A stretch of 63,617 bases of DNA, the filler included, from Sphacelaria rigidula (Eukaryota): NCBI GenBank assembly GCA_964200075.2. It is 2 parts of 2 records of this genome, joined end to end, with 100 filler letters (N's around TTAATTAATTAA, not from the genome) between each part and the next. Parts side by side here need not be neighbours in the genome. Positions count along the whole stretch, not along the records: positions 1 to 31,817 come from CAXNAA020000045.1; 1 more part is not named here. One strand, 5' to 3'. A program made the position numbers and the translations under genes. The first letter of the stretch is position 1. Every line of letters starts with the position of its first letter. The notes under the pieces were generated by a model. The model ran no database searches and was not told the origin of the DNA. It saw nothing but the letters and a program-made list of their open reading frames with translations. Positions 11,884-24,800 of the stretch are shown here, one piece after another.

Positions 11884-14800
11884 ATGTCGTCCTCAACAGC
11901 GTTGTTCGAAGAGGTGGTGTCCAAGGATGTACTGGGCTTCAGCTTCGGTGGCCGCAGCTACGCTGACCAGATAACAGACGCGGTAGCAAAGACAAAAGTA
12001 CTCTGCGCTGTGTCGGTGGAGCGCAAACGGATTGGCAAGAGCGGTGTGGAGGTGGTATGGGTGACACACAACTTCGGCTTTCTAGGTGCAGTACAGTGTT
12101 GGAATTGCTGTCTGGTCATGCACTGCAGAGCACTGTGGCACATGACGGCCTTTGGTAACATAGTCTGTAGTCACATGACCCATGAACTATTTCCTGCCGA
12201 GTGTATGGGTATGTTGTTGAGGATGCGTAATTGATCCTGTCGCTTACAAGGGTGTACTCCAGAGTCTTCCGCACTGTGGTTCGGCAACAGCTGTCTACCC
12301 AGTCGGGTCGGTTTCACCGCACACATTTAGCGTGACGGCTGTTACTACTGTACTGTCACGAGCAGAAAGCTAGAGTTGCAAATCCCCATCGGCTGCTCAT
12401 AGCCTGGGTGCTGTCGATGTGAAAGCTGGCTCGGTGCTATTGCGACATGAGGCTCATCTGTTCCCATGTTTGTCCCCGTGCTATTTCGGCTCTGTGGATT
12501 GTTCGTAGGTGGGTCGTTGGGATGCGCTGAGGGTGAGAAGGTAACCCGTGCCTTCGAGTACGGCCGGGAGCACCAACTGCCGGTGGTTGTGCAATGCCGC
12601 TCCGGCGGAGCTAGGATGCAGGAGGGTACAATGTCCCTCATGCAGATGGCCAAGGTAAGAGAGATCAAGAGCAGCGGTAGGGGTGGCGGCGCCAGCGGCT
12701 TTCGTGCCGTCCAGCCACGGAAGATCCGCAGGAAACGTATTGGTTTCCATTGTTCCAACTGAAGTTTTTCGCCAAGTCAAAATCTCAGGCTTTTTCCATT
12801 TTTATCGAGCTGGCTCTCATTTCGTCCGCATTTGTTCCTTGTTGTGCAAAGCCTGTATACTCATGGTCGCTGGCCAGGAACGAGTGATCGCGAGACCTTT
12901 TGCTGCAGTCGTGAGTGCAGGGGGCTTGATGAGGATATGCATGTCGCTCGCCTATGAATACCAGGGATTCGCAGAATTCACGTTCACCAGCGCTACCGCC
13001 GTGCTTCACACGTCACACATTGATGACTCGGCACGCTGTCACGGCTTTACCGCACAGCTCATCTTCATTACATTTGACAGTTTTGACTCTACGTTACTGT
13101 CTGTATACTGTTGTCTGTACCACTGTTCCAGGTTCAGGTTCACTCACGTATCCCATGGTGTCCGATGGCACATATAATTATAATACTACAACAACAGACA
13201 TTTAGTGCATTTAGTGCGTCTGCTAGTAAACATGTAGACTTCTAAATTAATTAATTCATTAACTGAGGATGGATGGATGGTTGATTGAATGTATTTGACT
13301 TTTTGGGCAAAGGAAGGCCAATTATAAAGTATGAATTTTGGATCGATGTTTTTTTTTTGGACAAGGGAAAGACAATCATCACATCAAAATTTCATCATCA
13401 GTGACTAAGTAAATAGGAATATTTTGGTTTTGGGTTGGGGTTGGGATTGGTTGGGGTTGAATTATAATTTTTTGGAAAAAGGAAAATGTTTACGCAAGGC
13501 CTCGAGCAACGTGCTCAGCTTATGAGCTAGCAAGCTGCTGCTACGGCTTTGCCAAACTGCGCCATGTACCATTACGCAACGCACATGAGTATCAGCAGCG
13601 GTGCCCATGTATCTCGCCTGTCTTGTATATGTGTATATATACACTAGCTGGTTTATGATTTTTTGGGAGAAGGGAACACCATTTCCAATAATATATATAA
13701 TGTGCTACGTATATTTAATTCTAATTTTCATTTAATCTGTTTGTTGTTTGGGAGTTGTTGGGATTGTTGGGGGTGGATTCTTTTTTTAATGGTAATTTGT
13801 TCGTTGTTCGGGAGTCGGTGGGGTTGCTGGGGGTGGTTTATTCCTATTTTTGAAAAGTGAAGACAATCCTACCTAAGGAAGAAAAATTAATAACTCAATT
13901 AATTAAATAAAAGATTGTTTGAGGATGGACGGTTGGATGGTTGATTTTTTTTTGAGCAAGGGAAAGACAACATGAAATAAATTAAAAGAAATAATTAAAA
14001 AAGAGGATAAATGATAGTGAAGAGGTTGATTGAGGATGGATGGTTGGATTGTATTTTTTGGACACAGGGGAAGACAACATACCCCTATTCACTGTCGTGG
14101 GTACACAAAATTCGACTTGACGGTCGACAAGGGAAGGGGGCTGCTGAACCGCTCTCGCGATGAAAAAAAATAAAGAAAGGCAAGCACCGCAAAAGGGAAG
14201 TTATGGGCCCAACGAGAAATTATGCGCCCAAAATGGTTCTTCGACCGCAGTGTGAGTAGTCCATCTCGATCACGCATACTTTATTGAAGTGAGAATCGAT
14301 GCCGATTCAGCAGGTTACCTACCCTCGCGGCCGAAGGGTCGAGCCCTCAGAGCAATATCTCGTTGACACAGGCGAGTTAAGCCGTCATCCATATATTTCG
14401 TATATGATATTAATCGTCAAATCAAGGGGGAGGTGCCCATCTACTCGAAAGTTTGGGTCAAAATCGTTGATAGAAATCCATATTTAGCAATTCCTATACC
14501 GTACGGACATGGCGTCCATACTAGAATCTGAATGAAACCTCGAATGATACATTCAGCGGATGACGATTTTTTATGTTGACACTCCCTGGAGCACGGGGAA
14601 ATGATAGATACCCTCACCTTCACGTAATTTGTGATAAATCTCGAGATGTTGCGCACATGAGGTCCTCGACTAAAATCAATATATCACGAGCAGAGGCACT
14701 AGATGAAATGAATTTGGATACTCGTACTGCGTCTCAGTTTTACAGAGTTGTGCCTTGAAATTGGGTGTGGAAAGCCGCTAGGGCATGAAGTAAAATAAAA

Positions 14801-17800
14801 CAGTTATCCTCACTTTTTTCGTTGTTTAGGGGAGTTTTGTGAAGAAATGAACATCACTCTTGGGCGTCATCTCGATTTCTTGACTGCGTTTGTAGGATTG
14901 TCATTTCAAACCCAGCATGGAGAGCCACCGAGGCAGGCTGAAAAAAAATGGGCCTTGATTTTGTTTTCGTGAGACGTTTGGCCGTTCTCGGAAAAGAATG
15001 TTGTTACCATACGAAAACGCCTTGAACAAGTGATGAAAATAAATAAAAACCAACCTGACTCACGTCTTTTTTTCACTATACCCTTGCAAAGTTCCGCACA
15101 AAATTCCAGAACACAAACACCAAACGTGGGCCGGTAAGTGGCGTACAAAATACTGTTGCGAATTTTTACCGACCCGGTTTTGAAACGGCCCATCCGTAAT
15201 TTGATACTTGGGAGTTAGACCCTAATTTTTGGTGCGGACAATTAATAGGGCATAATGAAAGAAGGTATGCATGGACCTAAACAGTCAGGTTTCAGTAAAA
15301 TGCCGTCAAATCATGGAAAACAAAATACCTAAGTCCATGCATAATTATTTCATCACGCCCTATTTGATTGTCCATTTGTCCACTTTTTAGGGTCCACCTC
15401 CAAGTATTGAATTGCAAATGGGCCTGCAAACTTCAAATCCGCTTCGAGGCTGACCCAGCTCTTCACAGGCCAAAGACTAAACTTCTTTTTTGATTACAAA
15501 GCGTGTTTTTTTCTACGAAAAATAATCTGATTTCATTTTCCGATAACCCAACGTTATTGAAGAAAAGGTTGGAACTACACCGCACGCCAACTCACCTCTA
15601 CAGTCCACGACAGCACCCATGATGGCTTGGCTGCCATACCCCTGCCGCACCCTGATTTTGGCCTCAGTTTTTCTTTTATACCGCACATTTTATTTCGGAA
15701 AAGTTTATGGTTGGAATTATCGTTTTCCACCGCACTTTTCCGGTCGAAGGAGATGTGCTGAGGCCGTTTCTTGCGACTTGTGTTTCCTTGGGGCTCGTAC
15801 TTTCCACTTCGGAGACAAATGACACGGTTTTTAGCCACAAAGCAAAGAATACCGCCATCATACGTCTTGGACATTAAATACCTTCAGATACCGTATTTTA
15901 TTTTCCAGCTGTTTTTTCTATCCAGAGGCCAATCTCGGAACCTCGTAGCCGAGCGAATCGGAAAATTGGGCTAGAACCCTCCCGGTGGGGCGATTGCAAA
16001 GTACTCAATACGTGTATGGCGATATTTGCGGCCGAAACCCGTGTCGAACGTCAGTGTCTCAAAAGTGCAAAATTCGAGCCCAAACGACGCAAGCCGTACG
16101 ACACGGCCTTTGCAAATCATTTTTCGACAAAAAATTGCGGTGGAAAACTAAAGGATCCGATTCGATAGGTCGTGATTACAACTATCGTCATTTCCTCCTC
16201 CACCGCACATTTTCGATCGAAGAATGACGTGCCAAGGCACGCCCCAGATCATGACCTCATGGCGTGCAAGAAATGCAACAATCTCAGGGGGGGAAAGAAC
16301 AGCGAGTTGTCCCGATTTTTTGTTGAGCTTTTGAGAAAACCGCATGAAACAATGTTTTCGTGAGATCAGGAGTAGAGGATACGATTGAGAGCGAGAAGCG
16401 GTCAAATAATGAATGAATAGTTTCAGTTCCGAAATGCCCCTCCACGAGGCCCGATACGTCTTCTGCAGTAGCTTGCCACTAAAGCCCCTGATATCCCTGT
16501 GTGGGATATCGACGTGTGGCTGTAAGCTCACGCCAGTGTTACAGGCAAAAAAAACATACACGGAACAAAAAGTGGGTCAAGTTGAAACGAATGATGGAAC
16601 TCACTCTCAACCAACCCTCTACTCCTCTACTCTCACGAAATAGTTTTTCTAAACTACCTCCATGAAGTACAAGTTTTTTGCATGCTCATTGACAGGCGGG
16701 ACTCTTGGATAGCGGGGTTATACTGGATCATGAACTGCACAAATGTGCAGAGTGCATGTAACCGTCGAGAGTACCAGCTGTTGTCGTGCGTCTCTCTGAT
16801 GTGCTTCGTTCCACCTGGCGCGTCTCAAAAACAAAACGTGAACTGAAACAAATACAAAGATTTCCAACTTTTGTTTTCGCTTGTTTGACTGAACGGAAAG
16901 ATCCTAGGAGCATCACGACTCTTTCTGCCAGTCGCTGTGTCATTTCTGGTACACACCGTTATGCAGAGGACGCCGCCGTTCCATTGTTGCTCACCACCAT
17001 TCAAACCCCGTTCGTCAAAATGTTCCACTCGAACGCAGGTGTCCGTGGCCGTAGATGCTCTCCGGCGCGAAGGCGTTCCGTTCATTTCGGTGCTCGCGGA
17101 TCCAACGTACGGGGGCGTGTCGGCTTCGTATGCCATGCAGGCTGACGTACGCATAGCCGTGGGCAGCGCGCGTATTGGGTTCGCGGGCCCCGCTGTTATC
17201 CTGAACACAATGTTTGAAATGGACCAGGGCAAGTTCGACGAGGCCTGCCCGGAGAATTTCCAGGTTGGTTAGTTGCCGGTCTTACGGTTATTTATATGCT
17301 TGACGGGGTTAATCCTTGAAACGTGAGGGTAGGTCACCTGCCGAATTGGCATCAATTTTCACTTGAAGAAAGTATGCGTGACCCACGTGGACTACCCACA
17401 CCGCGGTCCAAGGGTCAACCTCGACGAGATGTTGAATTTTGCACCCACCGAAATCCACACAGCCGGATTATTTGCCTCGCTCCCTACTTGCATCACCCAC
17501 CTTTCGACTTGGCATGAATTTTTCCAAATACTGCACGCAAATTAAAATTTCACGAACAGACGGCAGTGAAACATTCTCTCGCCGTCAGCTGGCTGACACC
17601 GTTCCGTGGTGAGGCTAAAGTCGCATCTTGCGGGAATGGTGCCGCTGTTTTCCCTTCCGTACGTGGTATTTAAGGTTCCGACAGTTCTGTCCACCCCCAC
17701 GGTGCGTTGCAGGTGGTAGGACGTTCCGTTTTTAGGGCCCACATGGCCGGTATTATGTCATGAAAACTCGAACATTCCATTAAACAGCACAGGTGCTCGT

Positions 17801-18875
17801 CAATAGTGGAAGAGACGTGGACTTTGCTCTCATTTCCGCCCACTGTTCGTACTGTGGCGCTTGAAGTGCCGATGCAGTATCACAGCACAGGCAACATCTT
17901 TGGCACCGAGGGTGTTGCAAGGGTGGGATAATACGTGATAACACAAAATACTGCTGGCACGAGTCAGGTATCAACACATGAAAAAGTCTTCATATTGGAG
18001 TTGTGAAGTGGCTGCCAGTTTAACTGGTCAGTTATGGCCAACTGGCTAACTGACCGGTTTCGTAACCAGTTTTGATTGATTGAACCAGTTGAACTGGTTA
18101 TTTCACTCGATACATGTGTCATGATCCAAAACGTTCTGTGTAAATGTGTGTCATACTCATCAATATTTCCGGATTTTTGTCGTACCGCATTGGTCATGGG
18201 GATGCTGTTACAAAGGCGACATGACCGCACAGCGCATGTACCCTTACGCTATTTATGGTGCACTACTGTATCATCGCTTCGTGTTTTCAGTTCACGTCGC
18301 AATGTTCAGAGGCGTTTTTTTCCCATGCACATGAACTGTTGTGCACTGATCACGTGCTCAAATTGCTGTCGCTAGGCAGCTAGAATCTACCACGATTTTG
18401 AAGCCAAATGGCGTAGTTTTCTTGCCTCCGGGGGGGGGGAGGGGGGGGCGTTTAGGAGACTCCGCCGCCAGTTATCCGGTTTTAACTGGTAACTGTATCT
18501 GGTTGTAATTTTTTGCAACCAGTCAACTGACTAGCCAAACCAGTTCACAACTTTACTCCATGTCATGAATGAAGATGGGCACAAAGCCTGACCGACCTGC
18601 GACGGGAGTGAGCCGAAACGCAATCGTCTCTTGTGCACTGCTCTGTCGAAATCAACATTCATGAATATATGTGACAGTCTTCGGAGTACGTAAAAGCGCA
18701 TGGTCAGCTAGACCTCATCGTTGAGCCAGGAGAAGGTCAAGATCCGCAGGAGGCGATAGAAGATCGCCTCCAAAGCATCGTGTCCAAGCTTTATCAACCG
18801 GGAGGGGCCGAAAAATCTGCGTCCCCTGCTACTCCGCCGGAGGTGTCTGTTGCACCTACCAAGGAAGACATGGAG
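11884..18875 (+). CDS. Exons 1-4 of the fusion gene: acetyl-CoA carboxylase carboxyltransferase beta (AccD-like) domain
   Basis: Motifs [46 protein letters not shown] and [17 protein letters not shown] match AccD. No N-terminal C4 zinc ribbon was seen. Confidence 0.9.
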
Positions 18876-21800
18876 GTGAGAATGGACCGAAGTGTGTAAT
18901 ATTCTGTTCCTTGTTTTTTTATGCTAAAGGTTCTGAGAAACATGTTCGTACGGTATTCCAGGCGTATATATGGCGATCGAATGTTTGAGCCCGGAAATGA
19001 GCAAGCACAGGGTGTTGCCCCGACCGTTTGTTCGTTTGTAGTGCGCTTCGAAGCGCCTCCGTACTTCCATAAATATTGTCAAATATTGCGGGTTGTCGGG
19101 TTGTACTCTGCACATTTCACCCTCATTGCGTCAGAGCAACTGCAGCACGTCGTGAGTTTGACCGACTATGAAAGTGCTTGTGATTTACCACGTCCGTGAG
19201 CGGTGACGTGTAGGCGAACTCTGAAGCGAAGTGAGGAGGTTCAGGAGGAGGAAGAGCAGAGCGTGTCGCTTCTTGCGTGTTGTATCACTCGCCCTGCGCG
19301 GATTAGCTCCATAGCAACGTTGTGAATACTCCCGAGCTGACGTGATATTAGAACCCTGCAGCGCTATGAAGTCTCCTGAAACATGAAAAAAAATGCACGA
19401 AATGTGCAGACCATGAGCAACACACCAGAAAAGGTTTGATGGGAATATATTCATGCCGCAAAAAAAACAACGCGTAAAAAAATTGATATCTTTGCAGGGA
19501 CCAGAATGTCGAAGCATCCTTGACTGCGGTCCAGTACGCAGCTCGCATTCAACACTGACTGTACCACTTTGTGCTTGTTGACAAACACGGGAAAGGACTA
19601 GTCATCAAGATTTGAGCTCCGAGTCACTGCGCAAACGACGTAATATCTATCCCAAGCGCATCACGCATGAAAAATGTGCACCGAAGTATTGTGGGAGGCC
19701 CAGAGAGCTTGGATTCGCCAGCATGAGCATTCTGCGGCAAATGAAGAACTGCTGCAAAGACGAAACGATGAGGAGCAAAAATCACATCATATTTTGAGGC
19801 AACTGTGGGGCCACAATCATGGCCGTCAAGGATTGTGTGTTGTATCGTGTAACCTACCGTGTGTGAAGTGACGGCATATCTTGTGCAGCACCGCGTGACT
19901 TTTGTACATTCGCATTTTGGATTCCATGATGGGAAATGGCCATCGTGTTTGTATGGAATTGGTATCTTTTTCGCCAGCGGTCAAGAAAGATTGATCGCCG
20001 ATTTTTGCGCTACGATAGGCGTAATGAAGCTGGAATTATTGGATACAATAGCCGTGGACGTGGACCTTACACTAGCTGTAGGCCGGCATGACCGCGCTTT
20101 CATGCGTCATCAAAATCTGCGACGCCATCGTGTGTTGTGCTTGAGATGAGTACTACAACACGTGACAGTAAAGCAGGCTTGAGACTGAGCTTGGTCACAT
20201 GTGATGAATGCCTGAAATGATGGCATCGCATGGCGTTCGTTGAGAGGAATCGTGTTTGCACGCCCTGGATACTAGGAGAACGGTTGTTTCTAGAAATATC
20301 ACGCGCCGATTTGTGAGCCATAGACGACTAGCTAATGGGTCTTCCTCATGTTACTGGCGTCAAAATGAAGAAGGCAAAAGTCGGAATCAGCCGGGATGAA
20401 CGAGCGAATTCCGCGAAACAATCGGCCGTACACGCACGTAAACTTGCCATTGTACCCCCGATACCTGATACCCGATACTTGCGGCTCGTCCAGGCGGCGC
20501 TCGACTACACCCTAGCTCGCAAAATCGATCGGTACCAAGCGCAAGACGTGATGATGAATGTGTTCGAGGACTTCGTGGAGTTGTCCGGCGATGGTAAGGT
20601 GTCGGATGACTTCTGCCTCAAGGGCGGCCTAGCGCGCATCAACGGTACCGCTGTCGTGGTTATGGGCACGGTCAAAGGGCACACCCCAGGAGACATGAAA
20701 GCAGCGAACTACGGTGAGACTGATGCAGGGGTGTGCGCCCCGACTTGAACGATATTGCGTAACAGCAGCTTGGCCGATTGCGCTGCCATTTGCGTCGCAG
20801 GCTATAAACTCCTGTGATCAGTGTTGAGTTTGACGCGCGTTTGATTAAAAAGTATCCTCGGCTAGCTCTACGGCCACCCGTGACCAGCGATTGATGGAGC
20901 GCGGTAGCGAGAAATCCGAGGTTGGGTAATCGATTGTCCCACATTCTGCCAACCGTTTTTACCTGCTCGCGCCCTTGTTTTTGTACCGGAACTCGCGCTC
21001 TCGGCGTATTCAGTACCTGACAATGGCATTGCGTAGCTGCACGTTCCCACCTCTCTCCCGCTGGCGCCACTGTATCTGTCCCTGGTCCGTGCCACAGGAA
21101 TGCCTAGCCCCGCCGGGTACAGGACAGCTCTCCGGCTTTTCCAGCTAGCAGAGCGCTTCGGTTTGCCTGTGGTGACTCTGGTGGACACGTGCGGCGCGTG
21201 GCCCTCCTTCGAGGTGAAATGTGTTGAGAGGAATGATGCGCACCAAAGCAGCACACGGCACATGATGCCCTGAAGGTCATGCTTTGACCCTCAATCTTCG
21301 TTCATCGGGTGAGCCGCGCTTGCTACTTTATGAGACCAGTATATACTGGACCTCTGCGTATTCGTCCATCTCGAGGGAGGATCTACTTTTGCACCGATGC
21401 CACGCACCACAAAACCGCGAGAATTATGATCGCTGCATCCTCACGTCGGGTGGGGATCAACTGACACCAGACCAGCCTGCATTATGAGTGTCGTGTCCTT
21501 TGATGTGTGTTGATGGTTGGAACGCCGTGCACGTGAAATGAGCAGGCAGAGAGAGACGGACAGAGCGAGGCAATTGCGACCAACCTCACGGCCATGGCCG
21601 GGCTCAAGGTCCCCATTGTGTGTATCATCATGGGCGAAGGGGGATCCGGCGGAGCACTCGGGGTGGGCATGGGCAACCGTGTGGGGATGCTGTCACGCGC
21701 CTACTTTGGAGTGGTGAGTGAACCAAGCCTCTCGCTCGCTTTTTGCGCTCTTGGCAGTCTTGATGGTCGACTCGTGAACATGAATGCGTGAGAGTCGAGA

Positions 21801-24800
21801 GATGGAGATCACTTACGGTTGCGCATGATCTTCCATGTGAGGCATGCACGTCAGACTTGTTCAGAGTAAGATGTTTTTGGTGAAGCTGGTGACATGGTCG
21901 AGGGTCATTGAAAGAGTAATGGTGACAACCTGAGATATACGTCTATGCTCGAGCACCGGGGAACGACGGAATACGCTGAGGGAATCAAGTAGTCGCTTCT
22001 GTTACAATTCATGAACGTCTCACGTTATTGTGTGTTGCTAGATCTCTCCGGAGGGCGCGGCGTCCATCCTAGGTCGATACAAGGACGATGCGCATAAGGC
22101 GGAACAATTCCCGAAGGATTGCCAAGCGCTTGCTACGGCGCAGCAGATTTACGCAGGTGTGTGGTCCTTGAACACCCGCGAATAATCACCGCTCAGCCCT
22201 TTCCACTCGGCAAACTTGCGGTTCGTTGGTTCGTTTTTAATTTGCGCCTGTTTTCTTCACTCGCCCTTAAGGTTATGAATTTGAAGACGAGGGGCTCGGT
22301 ACGGCTGTGCACCCTGTTTTGTACGGCTAGACGTGGCGCTCGGCTCCTAGGCTGTTCTGCTGCAAATGTGCTCTCCCAATCCAATGTCATGTTTGCTGTC
22401 TTCCGACGTCGAAAATCGTCGTTCTCATGTAGACCAACTCAAGGAGATCGGAGTGGTGGACGAAGTGATCTGGGAGCCGGCGCAGGGAGAGACGCACGAG
22501 TGCTTCCCCATCATGGCCGGGTGAGGAGCTCGGGTTGCTCAAAAGCGGATATCTTCTCCTAGTTTGATTCTAACCCTTGCCCTATCGCTCCGAACGTTAT
22601 TTGTATCAGCAACGTAAGTAGCGGTGGAACATACGCTTTCGGCGGTCTGGGGAGTTGGCAACGATGCCCATGAGTTTTTTTCACTTTCGTGGGTTCCCGA
22701 ATGATGGAGTGCTATTTTGCGGATGTGTGTCTTCATGTTGCAAATCGCAGGCGACTACGCGACTTCATCTGCACGTCTCTTGCCGGACTGACCGTCATGT
22801 CGGGCGAAGAGCTCGTCGCCCAGCGGTACGAGCGCTTCCGCTCACTGGGAAAGTTCGACTGCTTGGCTGCTGAAGAAAGGGAGGCAGCTGTATCCGTGGC
22901 TGCTGGTGCCTCGAAACCGAGGTAAGACTTGGGCTTAGGCTGGTGAGTAACTAACTCGCACATCGGGTGGATGGCGCGGAGTTCGCATTACGGACGGTCG
23001 AAGATACGCTTATGTAGTCAAAACCCTCGAGGCGGTTTTGTTGATGAAAACATATGGAGATCGTACCCTGGCCATCGATACAGCTGAGCGAAACTGTCGA
23101 CTTGAAGTTCGGCGATAGAGCTGCAACAAATCACTCGCGCTTTTTGAGTTTGGTCTGAGGAGTCGCCCCAATCGTCCTGAGCGGGACGAGTCTCTGCGAA
23201 TGTCGCAAGACCATTTTGTCTGAACAGATTGCCTGACGCTCGGTCACCAATTTCGCAGGTCTAGGCCCCCAAAAGTGTCAACGGCGCCTTGCAAGCTAGC
23301 AGTGTACCTAGCCAACCAAGTACTACACGGGGAGCGCTCCGCCCACAAGGGGCGCGCGCCGCCGGGCATGGTCACCAACCCGCCCGTTGCTGTCGTGCCG
23401 TCACCCGAGAGTTCACCTGCCACCGGCGAAACCGCTAAGTCTGTGCTGGACGCGGAGGGGCCGGAAGCCATGGCGTCGTGGGTGCGCCGAAAGGAGGGCG
23501 TGATGGTGACAGACACCACCATGCGAGACGCGCATCAGGTGATCGCATCGTTGCTTGTTCTTGGCTATGCTGAGTCATTTTTTATTGTTTTTGTGATCTG
23601 TTTTTGTCAAGGGGTTTCAGAAATAGATCGCATTGTGATGTGCGGCGTGTTTATATAGCATACTTGCGCTGGTGTATGTGTAGATGGTGAGGGAGACTTG
23701 ACCGCGAGAGAGTCAATTTCAGTCATTTCGTATAGACGGACAGTCCTGGTTTTCAGTTGGCGAATAAGCATACCGCTTACCCTTGCCTTCCTCTCTGTGA
23801 ACAAGCGTTTCGATTATTCCGAAATCATCGGTCGAACCCCCTCGAGAGCAGCCGCATGAGCATTCAGGGGTGTCCCCGCGGTCGAGGGGTTGAAGACACA
23901 ATCGTTCCCTGGCACCGGCGTTCGACAACGGTGCCCAAATTCCTTGTGGGCTTCATGTCTGTTCTGGGATCGCTCTCACGTCAGTTGAAATAATGACGGT
24001 AGACGATCCAATGCAGTCCCTTGTTTACAAAATATCACCTGCCGCTCGTACATTTGTGTGCCGTGCTGCAGTCGCTTCTAGCAACCAGGGTACGCACGGT
24101 GGATCTCGTGGAAGGCGCCAAGTTGGCTTCCAAGCTACTCGGGAACGCGTTTTCTTTCGAGGTATGTGATCACTGATTCAGTACGTTGTGTCGTGTCCGT
24201 CGCACGTCACATCGTGTGTACCTTGCTGCGGAATGGAACCTCACAACTCACAACACCCATTGATACAACTATCGTTCAAGCACGAACTGCCTGTTGGAGG
24301 GCCAACCAGGCATTCCCACACGAGTGGTGCATGGTGGAGTGCGGTCGATTCACCCGATCGTAAGTTTCGCTTGAGACATTTTTTCCCCTCGACGAAACGA
24401 AAACGCTGCCACGGCTTCCGAGTATTTGGTACACCGGGAGGCTGAGGGCTCGCGTTTCATGACGGAATTTCCCATGTCTCGAGGCCACCCGGTTTGTTGC
24501 CCCAATCTTGAGAACAGCAGTCACCGGCTCAGTATGACCCAAAAAATTGAATTCTGGTTTCATTCGTGAACAAAAGGATCGCCGACTGGCTCGCTACTTG
24601 TGCCCTCATCTTATCTCGAACAGATGTGGGGTGGAGCTACGTTCGATGTTTGCTACCGCTTCCTACACGAGGACCCGTGGGAGAGGCTTAGGCTGATTCG
24701 TGAAGCCGTGCCGAACGTTTGCCTTCAGGTGCGCAGCTCTTCCCTACCAAAGTGGAACCGACAGTCTTGTTCATCTTTGGCACAAACTCCCATCTCTCGA

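Noticed and set aside
11884-22921. Bacterial contamination or a plastid-derived accD/accA insertion
   Set aside because: The coding sequence is split by many spliceosomal GT-AG introns containing host TEs.
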